Assembly: GCA_965113315.1 (NCBI GenBank)
Contig: OZ220363.1
Direction: 5' to 3' (one strand)
Length of the DNA: 64,000 bases
Source: Podarcis vaucheri
Taxonomy: Eukaryota
In this document: positions 1 through 10,973 of the stretch, one piece after another
Numbering within the stretch: position 1 is the stretch's first letter
Layout: each line of letters starts with the position of its first letter
The notes under the pieces: model-generated
Seen by the model: only the letters and a program-made list of their open reading frames with translations
Told to the model about the DNA's origin: nothing
The model's database searches: none
Made by a program: the position numbers and the translations under genes

Positions 1-33
1 AGAGAGACCTTCTGTCCCTTTGCATTTCCATAG

Positions 34-595
34 CAAGAGAGAGAGGACTCGAGATGAGAAACCATCTATACAAGGCCCTGGCTGGCAGCTGCGCTACAAG
101 TCACTGGAGACACCAGCAGAAACTCATTGTCTTCTCACTGTTGAGGGGAAATCCAGAACCTTCAGTAGAAGACCCAACTGGAGAAAGGAGAGGGGACAGC
201 GAAGCTGTGGGAGGTACAATCAAGACTTCTCAAAATCTTGCAGCAGAGACCAAGTGTCTTCACTGGTGGAGAAAAAAGAGCTGCGCACCAGAGGAATCTC
301 GCCAACCAAAGAGGGAATGTATTTGAGAGAGGAGAAAAATGTTGTGGGGAAATGGACGCAGGAGCAGAAAAGTCAAGCCCATGACAGTGAGGAAGTAAAC
401 TTGGAGGTTAGCCATAATGAGCTCAGGGGGTCGGCCAAGTGGCAGGGTCGCCGTGGGATGCAGGATTGTAGGCAGTGGGAAAAGACCAAGGGTAGAGAAC
501 ATGGATCTTATATTAAAGTGCCAAGAGGCCGAGGACGCACCACATTGAACTCAAGGAGAGAGCTGCAGAGCCAAGAGACTGAGGATGGCTCCTAG
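34..595 (+). CDS. RNF25: E3 ubiquitin ligase RNF25 (AO7), last coding exon; the rest of the gene lies upstream of the window
   Basis: Acceptor tttccatag ends at 33 and the frame is open to TAG at 593-595. The C-terminus WQGRRGMQDCRQWEKTKGREHGSYIKVPRGRGRTTLNSRRELQSQETEDGS* aligns with the recalled human RNF25 end WQGPPPRRTRDCVRWERSKGRTPGSSYPRLPRGQG...RRESLGLESKDGS*. Tail-to-tail orientation to BCS1L matches human synteny. Confidence 0.88.
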
Positions 596-803
596 CAGGC
601 AGGAGTTGAGACTTGAGGGGCTTTTTCTAGGGGTGAACACAGGTGATTTTGTTGTGCTGTCAACCATTGGCCTGGATTGTAAGGAAAGGCAGATCTGTCT
701 TGAAATTCTCCTCTCGGCCATGGGCGGTTTATGTCTTGAAGTAGGGGTATATTGTCCTCAGAGATCAGAATTACTGTCTGTGGACTGTAGTAAATAACTG
801 AAT

Positions 804-809
804 AATAAA
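804..809 (+). promoter_or_regulatory. Candidate RNF25 polyadenylation signal AATAAA
   Basis: AATAAA about 210 nt after the RNF25 stop codon. Confidence 0.55.
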
Positions 810-3727
810 TGGTAGCCAAATGCTATTGCCCATGGGCAAACTGTAGGCTCTTACAGTGAATCAGCGCTGTGTAGAGGACTGTTTGAGGCTGAATCCCTGA
901 ACTAAAAGCCAAGCTTGAAAACTATTAAGTAACCCTGTTCTAAAATAGGTGCTAAAAATAGAAGGACTATAAGGGAGTACAGGTCTCCTTGTTTACTGTC
1001 CAGAACTATGGAGAGGACTTGCCATTAATAGTGTCACTATTTTTAGACATGCCTTATTGATGGTATTGGCATATGTGAAAAGAGTGGACTTGAATCAACA
1101 TTGACTTGGCGGCTGTTGACCACAGAGGGTTCTTTAAGCCCCCCAACTGTGGCCAGACTGAATGTTGGAGTCTCCCACTGCCTCATTGTAATTGGCTAAT
1201 GTTCAGTAGTGATTGACCTTGAACTGCAAACATCAAACATGCCTATTCTAAAGGGCCTTTAAATTATAAGAAGTCCAACTCCTTACTCACCCAGTAGTTG
1301 GATTTGGAGCTAGTATTGGCAACAAAGGCTTCAGCTCCAGGTACACCAAGGCTCTTGTCTTTGCCTGTTTTCACAAATGTGATATCCTGCAATGGTTTAC
1401 TAACTGTAATCCTGTCCAGAGTTCACGTGACTTATGTTTTGGGTCTTATCATCTTTGATTCGAGCCAAATTTGGTTTTGTTGGGGTGAGAAGTCTCTCAT
1501 GCTCAACTGGCTTTCCCCTCCCAACCTTATGGCTTTGTGTATGTGCATTCACCCACACACCATTCAAGAACAGCTCTACTCTCCATTTGGGAGGGTAATA
1601 CCAATGTACCTACCTATTTTTAGGCTACACAGTCCCTGTCATCTCCCTCAGCAAAATGCAGCCTTGTCTTCATGGGTATTTCTGCTCAGAGGAGGAGTCT
1701 GTAGCAATATGGAGTACATGTGGCCACTATGCAAACATTTTGAACAGACTTTCCTCCACTTGTATTTCTATTTTGTCACATATTTATGGCCTTCCTCCCC
1801 CCACAACAAATTTTACCCTAGGCTGTGTGAAAGTTCCCAAGCTGCTTAAATTCCTTATATGTCTGCAAGATGTCCCCCCACCCCTCCCCAAGTGAAGCTT
1901 TGCCAGACTTCATAATTTTTCTTTTCTGCTTAGCCACAGTAACATTGTAGATGTGTGACAACTTTACAGAGCACAGTGGCCAAAATGACCTTATAATAGA
2001 AGTGTGACTGATTTTAAACCAGTTCATGCTAGAGGCTAAAGGATGTCATTACTTATTTGCATGCGTGCACATATACCAGTTTGAGCAGTTCTGCCTATTA
2101 AAAGGATTGATGTGAGATTGATTTACCTCCCTGCACTGTGGTGAGGTGGAATTTGTGGTGATGTGATGCAAAACAGGAGTATTAAAAGCAATTTGAGTAA
2201 ACCAATCTATGATTCTCTTTCGTGGATAAAGAACATAGCTGCTGCTGTGCTGCGTGTGATGAGACCATTCAACATTAGAAACCATCTAAAAAGAGGCAGG
2301 GAGGTAATAACCTATGACCCAAGTAGTTTAGCTAAAATGAGGAACCTTTTGATTATAAATGAAAAACAATTGGGTTCTAATCTGGACATCTTTCTGTTGG
2401 ATTCACATTTTCTTTTTCTTTTCTTTTTTTTGTAAACTATTCTTCTAAGGAGAAAGGCTGCTTCATTTTGCACCACTTGAAACTTCAGCACAATAATGAA
2501 TGGTAGCCTACATAGAATATAAAACATGGGTAACACAGTATCTAGATCCTGATTGGCTTTTCTGGACAGGGTTATAATACCGACATAGGTCCAGGTCCAG
2601 GAATACCTAAAAGCTATACATCTTAGGGACTTGGGTCATAAAAACTGACCCAAAGGGGCTAATTGGTGAGCAAAGTGCATATAGCTCCTGTAGTGTGCAT
2701 TAGGTTAAAAAAGAAAGAGAAGGTAAGAGCTGGATGACAAGCTGCTTTATTAGAGTACACAAACTATTCATTTGAGCTTGGATGGATTATTTCAGATTAC
2801 CTGTTAAACTGAGCAGTCTTCCTGATTTGCTTGAACCAAACATATGCAGATATACAATGTCTGACTCTGCCCTATTGAGCAGCCATCTTGATCTGAAGGG
2901 AGGTTATACAATGATAAACACTCATCCTGATGTGTGGAGGTTATATATATTTCCATCTATATATATTTCCATCTTTTATACCACACTTTTTCATGCATAT
3001 CCCAAATTGCAAAAAGTCTGGTTTTTAAAAGTGGATTTTGTTGCAGCAAAGCACTTATTCTACTTAATTGTATAGACTTATTTTTCTGATATGCAACTGA
3101 ATCCCTTCAAAATGTGTAATGGGAGGGTGCAATGTGAGAGGTATGGTAGAAGAGAGAGATGAACGTGCTCAAAACTGGAACAGGAGCCAAGCATTAGACA
3201 AGTAGGAAGGGATGAGGCTGGGAAATAAAGGGACAAGAGGAGCAATGGAGTGAGGGTACCATGTTGTGGGACTGAAGGTGAACAAAATACTGTTTGCCCC
3301 ATTTGCTCTCTAGGACTGCTGAGATCCTTAAAAAATAGCCATCACTATTAACAAGTGTTTGATTATAGGGCATACACAGCGTACTCATGGAGGAAACAGC
3401 TCCTTTTTTTCCCCATTCTGACATCCTTGGTGAATGGCTGTGCCTTCTTTGAGTAGGTCTCAAGGCTTCTGGATCTGTGCTGTTGATCACATCCTCTGCT
3501 TGACACACCTGGGTGTTGCTATAAATAGAAGTGGAACCACCCGCCTCAATGGCACTGACAGTACGTCCTAACCCAGCCTTCATGGAGAACCTCATTGTAA
3601 CCATTAATTCAGATCAAACAGACTTGGGCATTGTTAGAGATCTGGCAGTTATGTTCACAGTATACATAGCTTACTGCAAGGGTCCTTCTCTATTTAATAT
3701 TAATGTTGCACCCACACCCACACATAT

Positions 3728-4390
3728 TTGTTGTTTGTTGTTGTTTAGTCGTCTCTGACTCTTCATGACCCCATGGACCAGAGCACGCCAGGCACTCCTG
3801 TCTTCCACTGCCTCCCGCAGTTTGGTCAGCTCATGCTGGTAGCTTCGAGAATACCGTCCAACCATCTCGTCCTCTGTCGTCCCCTTCTCCTTGTGCCCTC
3901 ACTCTTTCCCAACATCAGAGGCTTTTCCAGGGAGGCTTTTCTTCTCATGAGGTGGCCAAAGTATTGGAGCCTCAGCTTCCGGATCTGTCCTTCCAGTGAG
4001 CACTCAAGGCTGATTTCCTTCAGAATGGATAGGTTTGATCTTCTTGCAGTCCATGGGACTCTCAAGAGTCTCCTCCAGCACCATAATTCAAAAGCATCAG
4101 TTCTTCAACGATCAGCCTTCTTTATAGTCCAGCTCTGACTTCCATCCATCACTACTGGGAAAACCATAGCTTTAACTATACGGACCTTTGTTGGTAAGGT
4201 GATGTCTCTGCTTTTTAAGATGCTGTCTAGGTTTGTCATCACTTTTCTCCCAAGAAGCAGGCGTCTTTTAATGATCATCTGCAGTGATCATGGAGCCCAA
4301 GAAAGTAAAACCTCTCACTGCCTCCATTTCTTCCCCTTCTATTTGCCAGGAGGAGATGGGACCAGTGGCCATGATCTTAGTTTCTTAATG
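3728..4390 (-). mobile_element. BovB (RTE-clade LINE), 5'-truncated 3' fragment
   Basis: Minus-strand peptide RVPWTARRSNLSILKEI...LRLQYFGHLMRR...LEKPLMLGKSEGTRRRGRQRTRWLDGI is the typical BovB ORF C-terminus; (CAA)n-like tail at 3728-3745. Confidence 0.92.
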
Positions 4391-4403
4391 TGTGTGTGTG
4401 TTT

Positions 4404-4610
4404 AATTTTTATTTGATTTTACGATACAAAATTATAAAAAAGATTTAAATATATAACCATATACAGAGATTCTTCCAAATCTCAGGACTTCCCTCCACCC
4501 CTTCCCTGGAGTCCCATTTTAAACATTTAAAACTGCGTCTTCTGCCATACTCTATTATATCAACCTATATTTTCCATAGTAATTGTTACACTACAAGTGT
4601 AATCAAAATC
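4404..4610 (-). mobile_element. Probable decayed L1/Tx1-type LINE 3' UTR fragment
   Basis: T-rich tail with tttatt followed by composition resembling the L1-like 3' UTR at 61350-61680; no peptide evidence. Confidence 0.35.
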
Positions 4611-5659
4611 CCGCCCTTAATGCTGCATATATACTTGGGAGTGGGACTTCTCAGAAAACATGCAGGGGGTTATGCTGCATGTGTGGCTGTTAATACAGCA
4701 AGAGCAAAGGGGCTCTTTTATTCCTATAAATATATCTCTTAACAGTCTGCAGTCACTTGGGAATCTGGTCAAGTGCTAAGGTGTGTACCTTACCATACGG
4801 TGCCTACATACGACTGCTTTTCCATGTGATTACAGGCACCATATGGTCAGCCTTAAAGTAGCCACCATGTAGTTCCTGGTACTCTGAATCCATTCAAGAG
4901 AAAGATCTTTGTTGTTAAGGCTCCTCCCGATGTCCTTTTTATTCCATGTTCATGATGATTTCTGCTCATGATGCTATCGAAGTGATCATGTGTAACTTTT
5001 CATACCACAAATGTGTTTGGGGCTGGGGCCGAGAAAGGCCACTTTTATTGCACTGTAGCTCCTGCAGACAGCAATAATAAGGTAGCATTGGGAAGCATCA
5101 CAGAACAACTGATAAGCAGAATAAATAATTCACCACTAATGTGCTATTATTGTGGCATGAACATATTGAACACATTGCTGAATACAACTACAATAAAACA
5201 CCAGTCTGGAGGAGGGACCTTTGACAAAAGCATCATCATTTGAAAAAAGACATACTTTCCAATTTATATTGCATATCATGCATGCAATATTATTGAATTA
5301 AATAAGTCACAACCAGATAAATGCATAAAATCTTTTCTTGTATATCTAGCATCAAGACAGAAATCTAATCCAAGTTTCTTATCCCTGTTTAAAAATAGGA
5401 TAATGACTGGCATTTGAGCTTCATTTTTTTCCAGTTTAAGGAGGCAGGAGAGATTTAGCGTGGGGTGCCCAGCTATAGCACACACACCCATCTCAGCTTT
5501 AGTCATTTATTTGATCAATTGCACACAGAGGAGGTATTCATTTGCAAGCAAGATCAAAGAGACATATGCAAGCAAGATGACAGATCATAACCTTTTTTCC
5601 CATTCCTGAGGCCATTCAAATCTGGATCATACTATTCATCCTCCCATCAACTTCCCTGC

Positions 5660-5665
5660 TATAAA
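5660..5665 (+). promoter_or_regulatory. TATA box of the OLFM4-like gene (putative)
   Basis: TATAAA about 45 nt upstream of an ATG that begins a signal-peptide-like exon ending in GTAAGT. Confidence 0.5.
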
Positions 5666-5811
5666 GTATGCACAACCCACAGTGCAAACATCACATACTC
5701 CAGTGAGGATGAAGACAATTCTGCAACAGCTGCTCTGTGTGGCTTCATTTGTAAGTATCTACTGTAGCTTCTGGCTGACCTGGGGTGGCAACACCTTGCT
5801 ACATTGTAGAG

Positions 5812-7268
5812 CAGTGTTTCCCAACCGGTGTTCCGCGGCACACTAGTGTGCCGCGAGATGTTGCCTGGTGTGCTGCGAGATGTTGCCTGGAGGGAGGCGG
5901 GCGAGTCCAAAAAAGGTTGGGAAACACACGCCAGCCGGGGTCTGCCTCCGCGTTGCATCAGCTTCCTCGCTCTCGGTGCTCTGCTTGCCAGCCTGGTGGC
6001 CTCTGCCCCGCCCCGAGACTGGAAGGGAGGGGCGGGGCTTCCACTGCGGCTGCGTCTCTGGCTCTTTCGACTCATTCCTCCTCCGAGTGGGCTTGAAAGA
6101 GCAGCCGATGGATGAATCGGCCGGCGACCCTGAAGCCTTGTGCAAAGTAGAGGAGGCGGAGAAGTGACGGCAGGGAGCTTAGGCGCCGCATCTGGCTCAT
6201 TGCGGGAAGTCAAGATGGCGGCGGGTAAGTGTGGGAAGCAGCTTTTTCCCTCCGCCGCCCCCCTCTCACCGGGAATAAAGGGGGCCCCGCTGGGGGGTGA
6301 CGTTGTAGAACGCAGAGTTCTTATTTTGGGAAGGTTTGAGGGGTCGGACTAAGCGGGTTGGGGGCTGGTCTGGGCTTCCGCTCCCTCCCCTCCCCACGGA
6401 GTGTACCTGCGGTGCAAGGAGGCGCTCTGAGCCACTGCTCTGGGAAAGGAAGGAGGGCGAGGCGGCCTGGCCAAGTGCAGGGGAGACCCGTAGTGGGGAG
6501 CAGGGGGAGGAGGAGGCACCGAGGAATGGAGGCGGGGGAGACTCCCTCGCTTTGCAGAAACTGCAAAAAACGAGGCAGGAATTGGGTTTGTTTTTGTAGC
6601 TCAGGACGTGCTCGTTTCTAGTGTGCCTAAGGCGGCCGCCCCAATTCTCCCCTAGCCCGTCTTTCCAGGTGCTGCCCCCCCCTCCACAAAGGGCCATAGA
6701 ACTGTAGAGTTGGCAGGGGTCCCAAGGGTCATCTGGTCTTAAGTTTCTCTTTCAAAAAGGAAACGTGGGTTAAAGCGGCGACGCCGCCCCCCACTCACTT
6801 TCCTGCTCTGGCTTCCCTAACAGTTTTCCGAGATGCGTCACTGGATCCAGCCCCCTTTTCCACAGGTGACACGGGGCTGGAGGGAGGGAAAGAGGGCTTT
6901 ACGTCGTGCATAAAGGCAGCCTCCTAGAAGCGCTCTGGGCCGGCGCCGTTTCGCCGAAGGCGCTGGAGGACCCCCACCCTCAGCTCCTTCAGAAAGGACT
7001 GGAGCAGAATAGCCCTTTCTCTTCTTCCCTAACCCTTGTCGTTGGAGGAGTCCCTCAGTCCCTCGCTTTGCTGCCTCCTCCCCCCCCACCCCCAAAGCCT
7101 GGAGGTTCCCCGGCAAGGGGGAGGGAAAAAAATTGAAACTTACACTTTCGTGCGTCCCTCCCGGCGTGACGCTGCGCGCTGACGTCACGGGGCTGTAATG
7201 GTGGTGTGCCTCGAGATTTTTTTCATCAAACAAGTGTGCCTTTGCCCAAAAAAGGTTGGGAAACACTG
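5812..7268. mobile_element. Non-autonomous hAT (Charlie/Buster-type) DNA transposon with GC/CpG-rich cargo
   Basis: Perfect 15-bp TIRs CAGTGTTTCCCAACC (5812-5826) / GGTTGGGAAACACTG (7254-7268); GTGTGCC subterminal repeats at both ends. The 8-bp flanks TTGTAGAG and CCTTAGGC both have the central TA of Buster-type targets but do not match each other. No transposase ORF. Confidence 0.85.
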
Positions 7269-7688
7269 CCTTAGGCAACATCCACACCATACATTTGAAG
7301 CACATGGCTTCCCCCAGAGAATCCTAGGAAATGTGTTTTGTGAAAGGTACTGGGAACTTTAGCTCTGGGAGGTGTAAACTACAGTTCTCAGGACACTAAC
7401 TGCCCAATTTCTGGTTGGGCCTCTGGTTGATCTCAGTGATGGGCTGAGATATAAGGGCTCAGGCAGGCCTTAAGATATCCTGGACCCAAGTTGTTCAGGG
7501 TTTTGAATTGTTGTGAAAACTGCAGGTTCTTTTCACACATAGCACATCTTTATTGTATGATGCTTAGCTGGGGGGTAGGATTTGAGAAATAAAGGCATGC
7601 CCCCTTAGCACCTTTGAGATATTTCCCAGCCATTCAGAAGCCTTGGAGAAGATCCAGCTATTAAGAACAATCAGTCAGTGTCTCTGGG

Positions 7689-7811
7689 TCATAGAATTAT
7701 AGAGTTGGAAGGGACCGCAAAAGTCATTTAGTCCAACTTCCTGCAATGCAGGATCTTTTTGCCCAATGTGGGGCTTGAACTCATGCCCCAGAGATTAAGA
7801 GTCTCATGCTC
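7689..7811 (-). mobile_element. tRNA-Lys(CTT)-derived SINE with CR1-like tail, 5'-truncated
   Basis: Minus strand gagcatgagactcttaatctctggggcatgagttcaagccccacattgggca resembles the vertebrate tRNA-Lys-CTT 3' two-thirds, followed by a CR1-type ...cccttccaactctataattctatg tail. Confidence 0.7.
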
Positions 7812-7845
7812 AATCCATACAATAACAAGAGAGGTAATTGTTTAC

Positions 7846-7849
<4 letters not shown>

Positions 7850-7904
<55 letters not shown>

Positions 7905-7905
7905 T
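7850..7905. repeat. Compound microsatellite (CT)n(GT)n
   Basis: Seen directly. Confidence 0.95.
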
Positions 7906-8321
7906 TGTGCATGCTTTAGCCTCTCTCATTCAATCACTCATGAAGCTGTCAAACACATCTACTACCACAACACACAGGGAGACGCTGCAGTAGAAAATTG
8001 CTTGGGGCTGTTCAGTTAAACATGTGCTAATATGTTTCAGGTCTCCAATGTCTCCAGTATTGTGTGGGAACTAGAAATGTTTGACGAGAACAATGTGTTG
8101 TTGACACATAGGGAAATAGCCACTCTCAAGAAACAACTGGCCGATTGCGAAGACTCTGTTACAAATCCCAATTCTGGCCTCTCTCCCTCTGGAAACTGGA
8201 CTCCAGAGTTTGGTGAGTCCTACCGTGTGATTGTGGGCTGGAACTTCTCCTTACATTGGTTTGTCTATAAGCTACATTATCATCATCATCATTATCATCA
8301 CCATTATCACTGTCACCAGTA

Positions 8322-8665
8322 TTAATATTTATTTGTTGCTTTTTTCACAAAAGTGACTGAAAGCAGCTTGCGCTGTAAAAACCACCATTAAAAACAAATC
8401 TAAGAAAAAGAATAACATCACGGCATAAAATGCTCATTGTATATAAAAGAGCAGATCCAAGTCAATCTGCCCCACTAAAAATGTGAGTGGAAGAAGACAC
8501 CACAAACATAGTTAAGTACTCTCCCAAATGAAGGGCCAAAAGCCTAGGAGAATTAAAAAAATGTTTTTGCCTGGGACCTAAAAGCAGATAACGAAACCTG
8601 GGGAAAGCGCTCTACAAACGGGGAGCCACCACTGAGAAGGCTTGCTTTATTCCGGACACCCCACA
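8322..8665 (-). mobile_element. L2 LINE 3' fragment (decayed)
   Basis: Resembles the reverse complement of the L2 3' end at 38390-38660 (…gggagccaccactgagaaggc); adjacent (CAT)n tail. Confidence 0.55.
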
Positions 8666-10770
8666 AACTTAACCCAGCTTCTTCTCATAACTGGCACATC
8701 CTCAGCGAGCTATTTGAGGAACTACCTGACCCAGGAAAATTTTATGGTCATTTAAACCTTGAACTCTTTCACTAGATCAATTCTCAGCCTGTACCGGTAG
8801 AGATCAGGGTAAAAGGAATTTCCTAATAATTACTGGATTACCTCCCACTTAATAGTTATTTATATTATAAAGAGGCCTGCAGAGCCCTTCTGGTGCCACA
8901 GGGTCCCCCCGCCATTTGACATTAGACTTGAAAGAAACATTCTGTTGCACTTACTAATAGAATGTAGCATGTGCTTAGTGCTCACAGCAGTTCTCAGGTT
9001 TGCAAATGATCCCAAAAGGGATGATGACCACCTGCTTTAGTGAGAATTTTGGAAGGCAAACATGTAATGAACAGCTGATCAATGACAGTACAGAGGAGGA
9101 ATTGGGAAGCATTATGCAGAGAAAACACAGCGGGGCAGAGGAGTCTGGGTTGGGGGCCTGACCTGTTTTCTAAACACAGTGGGATAAAACTTGGCAAAGC
9201 TTTTGAAACCAGCAGAATGCCTAACATGGTCACAGAAAACAAAGATGATTTAGTTACTTATCTTGTAAAATTTATGCACCTCTTGATTATAAAAAAACAA
9301 CAACCCTCAGAGCAGTTTGAAGGCAGAGAAAAACTTGTCAAGAGGCGCCACAAACAAAAGTAATTCCCTTTCTATTCCCTGGCAGGTAACTGCGACAACA
9401 AGGTGTTGATAAACGTTAGCAAGCCACTTATAGTGAAACTCAACTGGCGAGGTTTAAGCTACAAATTCGGAGCTTGTGGAAAGGACTTTGCTGTTGGAAA
9501 CAAGAATGCTGACGCATACTGGGTTGCCCCGCTCAACACAGACGAGCGTTTGTTGGAAACCTACCGCATCTACAACTCCTATTCCGACCTGCTGCTCTAC
9601 AAAAGCCAAATAGAGAAAAGCCTTTCTCAATTTGTTGGGTTCACCTGGAACTACATCAACTGTGGGCAGGGAAGCGGAACTATTTTGTACAACGGCAGCT
9701 TCTATTACAACTGCTACAACTCCAGGAACCTGTGCAAGCTGGATGTGGCAACCAGTAAGGTCCACCGCAAGACCGTCGAAGACGCCGTGTTCAACAACTG
9801 GTACTCTTATAGCTGAATCTATTGGCAGGACTTTGATTTCTCCGGGGATGAGAATGGACTGTGGCTCATTTACTCCATGGAAAAAAGCAAGGGGAAAATA
9901 TCAATTGGGCAGCTGGATCCCAATACTCTGACAATAGTCAAGTTATAGCAAACCTCACTGTACAAGCCTAAGGCAACCAGCACCTTCATGATCTGTGGGG
10001 TGATGTATGCCTTGATGCAGGTGAGTGAACACAATGAGAAGATCTTTTACAAATATGACACTAACACAGCCACAGAAAGCTCTATGGACATCATCCTGGA
10101 AAACCTCACAGGCACACCGCAAAGCATAATGTACAACCCCAATGACCACAAGCTATACATGTACAATGATGGCTACCTGGTCAGTTATGATGTGATATTC
10201 CGACGCGTACCCCTGTTCCAAAAGAGGAGCGTGGTCAGTGTGAAGAGCCAGATACTTTTGCAATGGTCAGTAAAAACCACTTCAGCTCACAAGACTTTGC
10301 CATAGCCTGAAAGAGAAAAAAGGCCAGGCACGCACAACATTTACCTATTGGCAAATACATATTTTAAATGGTAAAAGTCTTGATTGTAAGGCCAGCAGAC
10401 AGATTCTATCTTTAAAGGGTATAATTAAACAAGCCCTTTTCTTCACAGTGGACTCAAGTGTCTACCTGTGTGAAGAGAACATGTCACAGGGTTGGCTGCT
10501 CTCACCATTGAACCTCCACTGCCTTTCCCTCGCACCAAATGATTCTGGCAGTAACAGGATTAGGGCTTTGGTGTGGAATCTGCTATAGATCATGCCACTG
10601 AGTAACTAGGAGTTCATAAACAGCAGACATATACCCTGAAATCACCTTGCGTGTGTTGTGTTTGTGTGTGTCTGTCCCCTCCGCCTAGTTATGACACCTT
10701 TTGGGCCTCTCCTCAGGTGTTAACATTTGCCATCTGGAGGACATAAGTTCCACAACACCTGAGCTTCACA

Positions 10771-10824
10771 TTTATTCATTTTCAAGAGTTGCATTGTAGG
10801 AGTTATGTTGGGTTGCTCTTTATT
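10771..10824 (-). promoter_or_regulatory. Candidate BCS1L poly(A) signals
   Basis: Minus-strand AATAAA at 10819-10824 and 10771-10776, downstream of the stop at 10974. Confidence 0.55.
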
Positions 10825-10973
10825 TTCTTTACAAAAAGGTGGCCTCACTGAGGTGGACATGTGGATGGCATCATCCTCATGATTATCTCATCCCGCCTAA
10901 ACAAATCCATGCAAGCAAACAACCCTTTTCCTGGGGAAGCCATATGCAAAGCGGTCTCGGGGTTTGTTCAACG

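Larger units (their letters stand above)
5709..10305 (+). pseudogene. Olfactomedin-4-like (OLFM4 paralogue) pseudogene. Putative exon 1 5709-5750; coiled-coil exon 8041-8212; olfactomedin-domain exon 9386-10305 with in-frame stops TGA 9814-9816 and TAG 9946-9948
   Basis: 8041-8212 (cag|...G|gtgagt) encodes VSNVSSIVWELEMFDENNVLLTHREIATLKKQLADCE, similar to OLFM4 [37 protein letters not shown]. The last exon encodes NVSKPLIVKLNWRG, YWVAPLNTD, GQGSGTILYN, WQDFDFSGDENGLWLIYS, FMICGVMY and YNPNDHKLYMYNDGYL, all OLFM4-family motifs. It has two premature stops and the conserved GAW changed to GAC. Exon 1 (MKTILQQLLCVASF|gtaagt) is less certain. Confidence 0.88.

Noticed and set aside
1298-1849. 183-aa ORF as the missing olfactomedin exons
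   Set aside because: No CxC/PD motif or coiled-coil character in the frames examined, and it starts at TTG
5928-7140. CpG island as the native promoter of RNF25 or another local gene, and its overlapping GC-rich ORFs
   Set aside because: RNF25 ends at 595, the island is enclosed by hAT TIRs, and the ORFs are low-complexity products of high GC
7760-7811. tRNA-Lys(CTT) gene
   Set aside because: The 5' acceptor stem and D-arm are missing, there are several substitutions, and it is fused to a CR1-like tail: a SINE head, not a tRNA gene
9814-9816. In-frame TGA as a possible selenocysteine or readthrough codon
   Set aside because: The position is not a conserved Cys, no SECIS was recognised, and a second (TAG) stop follows at a conserved Trp
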